Origin: Candidatus Margulisiibacteriota bacterium
GTDB lineage: Bacteria > Margulisbacteria > WOR-1 > O2-12-FULL-45-9
Length of the DNA stretch: 11,181 bases
Direction of reading: 5' to 3'
NCBI GenBank assembly: GCA_043816785.1
Contig: JBDRHP010000073.1
Span: 1-11,181 of the forward strand
The position numbers and the translations under genes are program-made. Of this stretch, positions 1 to 6,985 are shown one piece after another (the stretch's first letter is position 1; every line of letters begins with the position of its first letter). The notes below the pieces were generated by a model, which was not told the DNA's origin, ran no database searches, and saw nothing but the letters and a program-made list of their open reading frames with translations.

Positions 1-687
1 CAGCCGTCAGAAGCCGTGGCCTTTATTACCAAGCTTTCTTCACTGCCTGGCTTAGAACTCGAAGGTGTTTTTACCCATTTTGCCAAAGCAGAAGATCCGC
101 AGGATAATTTTACTCAAGACCAATTTAAGAAATTTTCTCAAGTGATCTCTAAGGTTGATCAGATCCCCATCAAGCATTCTGCCAACTCGGCTGCGGTGCT
201 TTTCCATCCAGAGACCCATCTGGATATGGTCCGGGTCGGCTTGATGATGTACGGCCTTTATCCGCAGGGTAATGCCCGGCGCCTGATCAACCTCAAACCA
301 GCGCTGTCTTTTAAAAGCCGGGTTACCTATCTTAAGAAGATCCCGGCAGGAACTTCGCTGTCATACGGTTGTACCTATGTTACCCCAAAAGATACGACCA
401 TTGTTACCATCCCGGTTGGTTATGCTGATGGTTTTAGCCGCCGCTTGTCCAATCGCGGCCAGGTGATCATTCGCGGCAAGCGTTATCCCGTGGTTGGCCG
501 GGTTACCATGGACCTGACCATGGTCGATGTTGGCAGCGCCAAGATAGAAGTGGGGGATGAGGTGGTGCTGATCGGCGAGCAAAATGGTCAAATAATCTCA
601 GCGGATGAAGTTGCCACGCTTGAAGATACTATTTCTTACGAAGTTGTTTGCGCTATCGGCAAAAGGGTGCCAAGGATATATAAGTAG
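1..687 (+). CDS. alr: Alanine racemase, 5'-truncated by the window edge
   Basis: Frame is open from base 1 (QPSEAVAF...). Motifs: GVFTHFAKA, HSANSAA, DMVRVGLMMYG, SYG, IPVGYADG (catalytic Tyr region), GRVTMD, TISYEVVC, RVPRIY. The N-terminal PLP-Lys lies outside the window. Confidence 0.96.
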   Translation, partial: QPSEAVAFITKLSSLPGLELEGVFTHFAKAEDPQDNFTQDQFKKFSQVISKVDQIPIKHSANSAAVLFHPETHLDMVRVGLMMYGLYPQGNARRLINLKPALSFKSRVTYLKKIPAGTSLSYGCTYVTPKDTTIVTIPVGYADGFSRRLSNRGQVIIRGKRYPVVGRVTMDLTMVDVGSAKIEVGDEVVLIGEQNGQIISADEVATLEDTISYEVVCAIGKRVPRIYK

Positions 688-719
688 AAGGAACCTGCGA
701 CTGAACGTCGCGGTTCCTT
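688..719 (+). repeat. 32-nt bulged hairpin element, copy A; may double as a weak alr terminator
   Basis: AAGGAACC-T-GCGAC-TGAAC-GTCGC-GGTTCCTT: 8-bp stem, 1-nt bulge, 5-bp stem, 5-nt loop. It starts immediately after the alr stop, is preceded by GTAG (684-687) and runs into TTTT (718-721). Confidence 0.85.
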
Positions 720-725
720 TTGCTT

Positions 726-757
726 ATGGAGCCGAGACGTTTAGTCTCAGGCTCCAT
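726..757 (-). repeat. 32-nt bulged hairpin element, copy B (inverted relative to copy A)
   Basis: Reverse complement reads ATGGAGCC-T-GAGAC-TAAAC-GTCTC-GGCTCCAT: same architecture as copy A and 25/32 identical. Confidence 0.85.
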
Positions 758-765
758 GAAAAATT

Positions 766-2277
766 ATGAGTTACATATCTTTATATCGAAAATGGCGGTC
801 ACAGGACTTTGACGAGATAATCGGCCAACCGGCGATCGTCCAGACTTTAAAAAACGCGATCAAAAATGATCGCTTGGCCCATGCTTATCTATTTTCCGGT
901 CCCCGGGGCACGGGCAAAACCTCATTGGCCCGCATACTGGCCAAAGCCCTGAATTGTGAAAACGGGCCAACGCCAAAACCTTGCGGCAGCTGCCAAAATT
1001 GTCTCAAGATCAAAGACGGCCATTCAGTTAATGTGATCGAGATCGATGCTGCCTCAAACCGCGGGATCGACGAGATCCGCGAACTCCGCGAAAGGATCCG
1101 CTACGCTCCGGTTGAGGGCCGATATAAGGTCTATATTATTGATGAAGTCCATATGCTTACTCCGGAAGCCTTTAATGCGCTGCTTAAAACTTTGGAAGAG
1201 CCGCCAGCCCACACGATTTTTGTTCTGGCGACCACCGAGCTGCAAAAAGTGCCTTTAACCATTGTTTCCCGCTGTCAACGCCTGGATTTTGGCAGGATAA
1301 AACTGGCGGAGATCGAGCAGCATTTAAGAAATGTCGCCAAAGCTGAGGGGTTTGAGATCGATGATAAGGCGGTTAACCTGATCGCGCGGGTCGGTGAAGG
1401 CTCAATGCGTGACGCTATTTCCCTTTTGGACCAGGTGGTTTCTTTCTCCGGGCAAAAGATCACCTATGACAGCGTAGTCCTGCTGCTGGGAACGGCTGAT
1501 GAAGAGCTGCTTTTTGCTTTTGGTGAGGCTTTGGCTGCTGCTGATCCTGCTAAAGTTTTGCAGCTGGTAACGGATGGCCTGGCGGAGGGCCGTTCGACCC
1601 AGCAAGTTACTCGCGACCTGGTTTCCCATTTTAGGAACCTGCTGCATCTTAAGGTTGGCTCCAGTGAAGCGCTTGAGCTGACCAGTGATTATTTAGAAAA
1701 ATTAAAACAACAAGCAGAAAGTTTTTCCCTGAAGAAAATAAAAGAGGTGATTAGCGCTCTTTCCCGGGCTGAGCTGGATATGAAGTGGCATCCGCATGCG
1801 AGACTTGTATTAGAAGTAACTTTGCTTGAATTGCTTGAGCAACCGGCTGAAGTTATTGCAGTTGTGGAACCCGAGAATAAACTTCCCTGCCTGCCGGCAG
1901 GCACGGTCGGTTCCACAAAGGTAAAAACTGAGGAGCCGAGACGCCTGCCTGACGGCCAGCTCGCTAAGATCAAGACCAACTGGCAGGAAATCCTTGAGGA
2001 GGTTAAGAAGAAAAGTATTTTTGGTTATGTTTCTTTGCATGAGGGCGAGCCGCTGGAGATCAATAACAGAGGAAAACTGGTCATTGCTTTCCGGCGTGGT
2101 TATGCTTTTCATAAAGAACGTTTGGAAGATGCCAAAAACAAGCTGGCGGTAGAAGAGGCTGTGGGCGTAATTATTGGCGAGAGGGTCCCCATTGAGTGTG
2201 TAGTGAGCGAAGGCAAAAAGGAATCAGCGATTTCTGCCAATGCCGTAGCGGAGTTTTTTGAAGGGAGAGTGCTTTAG
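766..2277 (+). CDS. dnaX: DNA polymerase III subunit gamma/tau
   Basis: LYRKWRSQDF N-terminus, Walker A GPRGTGKT, zinc module LNC..PCGSCQNC, EIDAASNRG, Walker B IIDEVHML, NALLKTLEEPP, SRC motif. Followed by ybaB-recR. Confidence 0.98.
   Translation: MSYISLYRKWRSQDFDEIIGQPAIVQTLKNAIKNDRLAHAYLFSGPRGTGKTSLARILAKALNCENGPTPKPCGSCQNCLKIKDGHSVNVIEIDAASNRGIDEIRELRERIRYAPVEGRYKVYIIDEVHMLTPEAFNALLKTLEEPPAHTIFVLATTELQKVPLTIVSRCQRLDFGRIKLAEIEQHLRNVAKAEGFEIDDKAVNLIARVGEGSMRDAISLLDQVVSFSGQKITYDSVVLLLGTADEELLFAFGEALAAADPAKVLQLVTDGLAEGRSTQQVTRDLVSHFRNLLHLKVGSSEALELTSDYLEKLKQQAESFSLKKIKEVISALSRAELDMKWHPHARLVLEVTLLELLEQPAEVIAVVEPENKLPCLPAGTVGSTKVKTEEPRRLPDGQLAKIKTNWQEILEEVKKKSIFGYVSLHEGEPLEINNRGKLVIAFRRGYAFHKERLEDAKNKLAVEEAVGVIIGERVPIECVVSEGKKESAISANAVAEFFEGRVL
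1862..1918 (+). repeat. 32-nt hairpin element, copy C, inside dnaX and interrupted by a 21-nt palindrome
   Basis: GTGGAACC-C-GAGAA-TAAAC-TTC[1886-1906]TC-GGTTCCAC. The outer stem extends to 10 bp (TTGTGGAACC 1862-1871 / GGTTCCACAA 1909-1918). Confidence 0.85.
1886..1906. repeat. 21-nt GC-rich palindromic insert CCTGCCTGCCGGCAGGCACGG
   Basis: Contains the perfect 16-nt palindrome TGCCTGCCGGCAGGCA (1888-1903). Removing the insert restores the host hairpin and keeps the dnaX frame. Confidence 0.85.
1932..1960. repeat. Partial copy D of the hairpin element plus a partial second CCTGCCTG palindrome
   Basis: GGAGCCGAGACG (1932-1943) is identical to 728-739. It is followed by CCTGCCTGACGGC (1944-1956), 12/13 identical to 1886-1898. 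Confidence 0.7.
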
Positions 2278-2589
2278 ATGATATTCGGTAACATGGGAGA
2301 GATGATGAAAATGGCCCGGGATATGCAGGGGCAGATGAAGAAGATAAAAGAGGATCTGGCCAAGGAGATTTTTGAGGGGAGTGCGCCTGGTGTAGTGGTC
2401 AAGATCAGCGGGGATATGGAGCTTAAAGAGCTTTCGATCGAGCCGCAACTGGTTAATCCCAATGATGTTGCCAAGTTAGAGAAACAGGTGGGAGAGGCGG
2501 CTAAAAAGGCCTTGAAATTAGCCAAAGACGGGGCGGCTAAGAAATTGAAAGGGTTAACCGGAGGGCTTGGGCTGCCGGGAATGTTTTAA
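2278..2589 (+). CDS. ybaB: YbaB/EbfC family nucleoid-associated protein
   Basis: About 100 aa, GNMGEMMKMARDMQGQM start, EGSAPGVVVKISG, C-terminal LTGGLGLPGMF. Canonical position between dnaX and recR. Confidence 0.95.
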   Translation: MIFGNMGEMMKMARDMQGQMKKIKEDLAKEIFEGSAPGVVVKISGDMELKELSIEPQLVNPNDVAKLEKQVGEAAKKALKLAKDGAAKKLKGLTGGLGLPGMF

Positions 2590-2590
2590 T

Positions 2591-2693
2591 CCTCACCCCC
2601 GCTGGCGTTTATGACTCCTCCCCCTCTCCATCTTCGATGGAGAAGGGGAAACCCGAATGGCGAGCTTGTCGAGCCATGAGGGAGGGGGTGAGG
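2591..2693. repeat. Multi-branched palindromic intergenic element (CCTCACCCCC...GGGGGTGAGG type)
   Basis: Outer 10-bp inverted repeat 2591-2600/2684-2693. Inner hairpin CCCCTCTCCATC-TTC-GATGGAGA-A-GGGG (2621-2648). Third arm CCC-GA-[21 nt]-GA-GGG (2652-2682). Confidence 0.8.
2657..2677 (+). repeat. 21-nt hairpin ATGGC-GAGCTTGTCGA-GCCAT nested in the larger element
   Basis: 5-bp terminal stem; its GAGC-Yn-GTCGA core is shared with 6013-6034. Confidence 0.7.
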
Positions 2694-2702
2694 TTATAAA
2701 TT

Positions 2703-3296
2703 ATGTACGCTGAAACATTTAAAAAGTTAATTGAAGAATTGAAGCAGCTGCCTGGCATTGGGCCAAAATCCGCCCAACGGCTGGCTTTTCATATTCTCCA
2801 GAGTTCAGGCAAAGATGTTGGCCAGCTGGTGGAGGCGATCAAGGCAGCCAAAGAAAAATTAAAGCACTGCTCTGTTTGTTTTAACATCACTGATATCAAC
2901 CCCTGCAAGATCTGTGCTGATGAATCGCGCGACACGAGCCAGTTGTGCGTGGTTGGCGAGCCAAAAGATCTGATGGCCATCGAGCGCTTAAGAGAGTATA
3001 ATGGTAAATACCATGTGCTGGGCGGGCTGATTTCACCTTTGGACGGTGTTGGTCCGGACAACCTGAGGATGAAAGAGCTGATCCTGCGTTTGCACAAAGG
3101 AAGCCATAAGGAGATAATCCTGGCGATCAGCGCTACCACTGAGGGGGAGGCGACCAATATCTATCTTAGCCGGTTGCTTAAGCCCCTGGGGATCAAACTG
3201 ACCCGGCTGGCGTATGGGTTGCCGATCGGCGCTGACATGGATTACGCTGACGAGGCGACCTTAAGCAAAGCTTTAGAGGGAAGGAGAGAACTGTAA
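2703..3296 (+). CDS. recR: Recombination mediator RecR
   Basis: HhH motif LPGIGPKSAQRLAF, C4 zinc finger CSVC..PCKIC, YHVLGGLISPLDG, Toprim EGEAT, RLAYGLPIG, YADEATL. Confidence 0.98.
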   Translation: MYAETFKKLIEELKQLPGIGPKSAQRLAFHILQSSGKDVGQLVEAIKAAKEKLKHCSVCFNITDINPCKICADESRDTSQLCVVGEPKDLMAIERLREYNGKYHVLGGLISPLDGVGPDNLRMKELILRLHKGSHKEIILAISATTEGEATNIYLSRLLKPLGIKLTRLAYGLPIGADMDYADEATLSKALEGRREL

Positions 3297-3985
3297 TGGA
3301 AATCCGAAATTATTTTTCTACCTGGTGGACGGTTATGCTGCGGCCGATCTATTTTTACACAAAATTAAAGGAGGCAGACTGGAAAGAGCAGTCTTTAACG
3401 TTCCTTTTGCTCACCACCTGGCTCCTTAGCTTTGTCGCGACCCTGGTCATTTTTATTGTCCAGTATGTTCCTATTGGCAGTACTCTAGTGGAAGGTATTG
3501 AGGGGCTTAAGTTCATCATTATTTTGCCGGTTTTGATTACCCTGGCCCTGGTTTTTTTTGCGATCACTCTGCTCATTTTAGGCGGGCTGCTTACCTTTGC
3601 CTTTTTCCTAATGCTCTATCTGATAGGAATTTTGCTGAATTACGTTTATCTGCTGCTCGGAGGGAAAGGCAGTTTAAACCGGATGATCCAAAGCCTCTTT
3701 TATAGCAGCGCGGTGATCTTGATCGGTGTTGCGATCTTTTTACTGATATTGCTGACGAAGTATGCTGGCCTTGATTATACGCTTTTCCGCTACGGCTATA
3801 ATTCAATTTACTATCTGTTGTTATTATATATGTACGGCTTGTGGGCGGTTGCCGGACGGAAAACCTACAATGTGCCGAAATGGAAGGCCTTTGTTGGGGC
3901 TGCGGTGCCGATAATCGTTATGTTGATTTTTGGCATCTTATTTGATAAAATAGCGCTTTCGAGGTTGCAACCATGGATAACATAA
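3296..3985 (+). CDS. Polytopic membrane protein, Yip1-like
   Basis: About 5 long hydrophobic segments, N-terminal VMLRPIYFY, LLGGKGSLNR loop, KTYNVPKWKA before the last helix; this layout resembles prokaryotic Yip1 domains. TAATG overlap with recR and 13-nt overlap with the next gene. Confidence 0.7.
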   Translation: MEIRNYFSTWWTVMLRPIYFYTKLKEADWKEQSLTFLLLTTWLLSFVATLVIFIVQYVPIGSTLVEGIEGLKFIIILPVLITLALVFFAITLLILGGLLTFAFFLMLYLIGILLNYVYLLLGGKGSLNRMIQSLFYSSAVILIGVAIFLLILLTKYAGLDYTLFRYGYNSIYYLLLLYMYGLWAVAGRKTYNVPKWKAFVGAAVPIIVMLIFGILFDKIALSRLQPWIT

Positions 3986-4551
3986 TTGAAATAAGATGGC
4001 ATGGTCGAGGCGGGCAGGGCGCAAAAACTGCCGCGCTGCTCTTTGGCGATGCCGCCCTGGCTTTGGGCAAGCATATTCAGGCTTTTCCAGAATACGGGCC
4101 GGAGCGCATGGGTGCGCCGGTTGCTTCCTTTAACCGCTTGTCTGATAAGCCAATTACCCTGCATTGTTCGATCCATAACCCTTCGATTGTGCTGGTTTTA
4201 GATCCTACTTTGATGGCTACGGTGGATGTAACGGCCGGCCTGCCGGATGATGGTTTGCTGATCGTTAACACCAGCCTAGCTGCCAAAGAGATCAGGGGAC
4301 AGTTGAAGCTTAAGGGCAAGAAAGTTTTTGCGGTTGACGCGTCCAAGATCTCCATTGAGACGATCGGCCGCGACATCCCTAACACCCCAATGCTGGGCGC
4401 CTTGATCAAGGTTTCTAATCTTTTAAGGTTTGAAGACGTGATCGGTGACCTGGAAAATAAATTAAAAAAGAAATTTGCTCATAAGCCAGAGGTTATCAAA
4501 GGTAACCTGGAAGCTGTGAAACGAGCTTATCAGGAGGTAGCAGGAGAGTGA
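3973..4551 (+). CDS. porC: Pyruvate/2-oxoacid:ferredoxin oxidoreductase gamma subunit
   Basis: EIRWHGRGGQGAKTAA, QAFPEYGPERMGAPV, PNTPMLGAL. Confidence 0.95.
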   Translation: MDNIIEIRWHGRGGQGAKTAALLFGDAALALGKHIQAFPEYGPERMGAPVASFNRLSDKPITLHCSIHNPSIVLVLDPTLMATVDVTAGLPDDGLLIVNTSLAAKEIRGQLKLKGKKVFAVDASKISIETIGRDIPNTPMLGALIKVSNLLRFEDVIGDLENKLKKKFAHKPEVIKGNLEAVKRAYQEVAGE

Positions 4552-4844
4552 AGCAGGAAAAACCCGGTTGGAAATCATTGCCCCAGGGAGATGTGTTAGG
4601 CGCTGGAACCGCAGCGCAGTTTAAGACCGGCGATTGGCGCTCGGAGAAGCCCATTTTCTACGAGGATAAATGTATTCAGTGTTTGATTTGCTGGATCGTT
4701 TGCCCTGATTCTTCAGTTAACATCAAAGATGGCAAAGTGACCGGCTTTGATTACGATCATTGCAAAGGCTGCGGCATTTGTGATCACGAATGTCCGACCA
4801 AGCCTGGCAAACGAGCCATTACCATGGAAAAGGAAAGGAAATAA
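4548..4844 (+). CDS. porD: Pyruvate/2-oxoacid:ferredoxin oxidoreductase delta subunit (2x[4Fe-4S])
   Basis: KTGDWRSEKP, CIQCLICWIVCP and DYDHCKGCGICDHECP. GTG start overlaps the gamma stop (GTGA), with GGAG upstream. Confidence 0.95.
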   Translation: MKQEKPGWKSLPQGDVLGAGTAAQFKTGDWRSEKPIFYEDKCIQCLICWIVCPDSSVNIKDGKVTGFDYDHCKGCGICDHECPTKPGKRAITMEKERK

Positions 4845-4846
4845 TT

Positions 4847-6013
4847 ATGCCAGTTGTAGCTAAAACAGGCAACGAAGCAATGGCCGAGGCCATGCGCCAG
4901 ATCAATCCTGATGTTGTCGCAGCTTACCCAATTACTCCGGCAACTGAGATCGTGATGATCTTTGCCCAATTTGTGGCTGACGGCCTGGTTGATACTGAAT
5001 ATGTGCCGGTTGAGTCAGAACATTCGGCCATATCAGCTTGTGTCGGCGCTGCCGCTGCCGGCGGTCGGGTGATGACCGGGACATCGTCCCAGGGCTTGGC
5101 TTTAATGTATGAAATATTACCAATTGCCTCAGCTTTGAGGCTGCCGATCGTTATGTCTGTTGTTAATCGTGCTTTGTCCGGGCCGATCAATATTCATTGT
5201 GACCATAGTGATACCATGGGCGGCCGGGATTTTGGCTGGATCCAGCTCTTCTCTGAGAACGCTCAAGAAGCCTATGATAATGTTCTCCAGGCCATTCGCA
5301 TTGCTGAAGATCCTCAAGTGGAATTGCCGGCCATGGCGACCACCGATGGTTTTATTATCAGTCATGGCATGGAAGGCGTGGAAGTGATGGAAGACCAGGC
5401 GGTCAGGGAATATATCGGTGAGCGCAAAGCTAAGGTTTCTGTGCTGGATGTTGATAACCCCGTTACCCTGGGAGCGCTGGACCTGCAGGATTATTATTTT
5501 GAGCATAAGCGCCAGGTTGCTGAAGCAATGAAGCAGGCTGCTCCGGTTATTGTTAAGGTGGGCAAAGAATTTGGCAAAAAGTTTGGCCGGGAATATGGTT
5601 TGTTTGAAAAATATCATTTGGATGACGCGGAGATCGCGATCGTAGCCCTGGGGTCAACCTGCGGGACCGCGAAAGTCGTTATTGATGAACTAAGAAGCAA
5701 AGGCATCAAGGCTGGCATGCTCAAGATCAGGGTTTTTCGGCCGTTCGTGGCTGATGAGGTCGTTAAGGCTTTAAGCAAAGTACCGGCGATCGCTGTACTT
5801 GACAGGTCGGATTCTTATAACGCGCAAGGCGGACCGGTCTTTACTGAAGTTCGCTCGGCCCTTTATGATCTGGCCAACAAGCCCAAGATCATTAATTATA
5901 TTTACGGTTTGGGCGGCCGGGACATTACTGTAGAAGATATCCATTCTGTTTTTGCTGACCTGCAAAAGGTAGATAAAAAAGCGCAGGTCAACTATTTAGG
6001 AGTAAGAGAATAA
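4847..6013 (+). CDS. porA: Pyruvate/2-oxoacid:ferredoxin oxidoreductase alpha subunit
   Basis: TGNEAMAEA, AAYPITP, VESEHSA, TSSQGL, NRALSGPINIHCDHSD, FRPF, YGLGGRD. Start moved from 4790 to ATG 4847, which lies 2 nt after the delta stop with AAGGA upstream. Confidence 0.95.
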   Translation: MPVVAKTGNEAMAEAMRQINPDVVAAYPITPATEIVMIFAQFVADGLVDTEYVPVESEHSAISACVGAAAAGGRVMTGTSSQGLALMYEILPIASALRLPIVMSVVNRALSGPINIHCDHSDTMGGRDFGWIQLFSENAQEAYDNVLQAIRIAEDPQVELPAMATTDGFIISHGMEGVEVMEDQAVREYIGERKAKVSVLDVDNPVTLGALDLQDYYFEHKRQVAEAMKQAAPVIVKVGKEFGKKFGREYGLFEKYHLDDAEIAIVALGSTCGTAKVVIDELRSKGIKAGMLKIRVFRPFVADEVVKALSKVPAIAVLDRSDSYNAQGGPVFTEVRSALYDLANKPKIINYIYGLGGRDITVEDIHSVFADLQKVDKKAQVNYLGVRE

Positions 6014-6034
6014 CCCCTCGACGGGGCTCGGGGT
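6013..6034 (-). repeat. 22-nt hairpin element related to 2657-2677
   Basis: Reverse complement is ACCCC-GAGCCCCGTCGA-GGGGT: 5-bp stem and GAGC-Yn-GTCGA core. It overlaps the last base of the porA stop. Confidence 0.7.
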
Positions 6035-6050
6035 GTAGGGAGAAAAATAC

Positions 6051-6983
6051 ATGGTAAGCCTAAAAGAATTAGTTAAACGCAAAGACCCTTTAACCGGCGG
6101 CCACCGGGCCTGCGCTGGCTGCGGCTTTCCGCAGATCGTTAAAATGATCCTGATGGCCTCAAAAGATCCGGTGGTTGTTGTTTGTGCCACTGGTTGTCTG
6201 GAAGTGACCACAACTATTTTTCCTTATTCTGCCTGGAATGTGCCTTTTCTTCACAATGCCTTTGAAAATGCCGGGGCGACCATGTCTGGGGTTGAAGCAG
6301 CCTACAATGCTTTAAAAAGAAAAGGTAAAGTGAAGGGGAATATTAACTTTGTGGCTTTTGGCGGCGACGGTGGCACCTATGATATTGGCCTGCAGTCACT
6401 TTCCGGCGCCATGGAGCGGGGCCATAACCTGCTTTATGTTTGCTACAACAATGAAGCCTACATGAATACTGGCATTCAAAGGTCAGGGGCTACGCCGAGA
6501 GGCGCCAGCACGACAACTGAACCAGCCGGCAAGGTTAGACAGGGCAAACAGCGAACCCGCAAAGATCTGACCGGTATCATGGCGGCTCATAAAATTCCTT
6601 ATGTGGCCCAAGCCTCTGGCGGTTATTACATGGACGTGATCCGCAAAGCTGAAAAGGCCTTTTCCATTCCTGGAGCCAAATTTATGAACGTGCTGCAGCC
6701 CTGTCGTCTGGGCTGGGCTTATAAGCCGGAACTTACTATGGAGATCGCCAAATTAGCCGTGCAAACCTGTGTCTGGCCGGTTTACGAAGTTGAGAACGGC
6801 AAGTGGAAATTAAACATGAAACCAAGAGACAAGAAACCGATCACTGAATTGTTGAAACAACAGGCCAGATTTCGGCACCTTTTTAAGCCAGGCAATGAAC
6901 AGCTCTTGGTTGAGCTTCAGGCAGAGGTTGATAAGAACTGGGAAGAACTTTTAGAAAGATGTGGAGAAAAGGGAGGCGTTTGA
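6051..6983 (+). CDS. porB: Pyruvate/2-oxoacid:ferredoxin oxidoreductase beta subunit (TPP-binding)
   Basis: GHRACAGCG, ATGCLEV, TPP motif GGDGGTYDIG...YNNEAYMNTGIQRS, QPC. AGGGAG ribosome-binding site at 6037-6042. Confidence 0.95.
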   Translation: MVSLKELVKRKDPLTGGHRACAGCGFPQIVKMILMASKDPVVVVCATGCLEVTTTIFPYSAWNVPFLHNAFENAGATMSGVEAAYNALKRKGKVKGNINFVAFGGDGGTYDIGLQSLSGAMERGHNLLYVCYNNEAYMNTGIQRSGATPRGASTTTEPAGKVRQGKQRTRKDLTGIMAAHKIPYVAQASGGYYMDVIRKAEKAFSIPGAKFMNVLQPCRLGWAYKPELTMEIAKLAVQTCVWPVYEVENGKWKLNMKPRDKKPITELLKQQARFRHLFKPGNEQLLVELQAEVDKNWEELLERCGEKGGV

Positions 6984-6985
6984 TC

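Noticed and set aside
688..765. SRP RNA (ffs) or tRNA upstream of dnaX, as in many bacteria
   Set aside because: No SRP domain IV motif and no cloverleaf; the spacer is fully explained by two inverted copies of one hairpin.
1830..1930. Programmed -1 frameshift producing a gamma subunit, stimulated by the dnaX hairpin
   Set aside because: No A AAA AAG-type slippery heptamer or long A run lies just upstream of the hairpin.
688..1960. CRISPR array or integron attC sites
   Set aside because: Copies are inverted, dispersed and diverged, with no regular spacers, cas genes, integrase or RYYYAAC/GTTRRRY ends.
2944..2970. RecR Toprim motif reads CVVGEPKD rather than CVVE
   Set aside because: A single substitution at a position that varies among RecR proteins; the rest of the protein is intact, so there is no sign of pseudogenisation.
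4790..4846. N-terminal extension of porA from the ORF track
   Set aside because: It overlaps porD in another frame; family similarity and the RBS point to ATG 4847.
6959..6985. N-terminal extension of HU from the ORF track
   Set aside because: It overlaps porB; the MNK start at 6986 has a GGAGG RBS.
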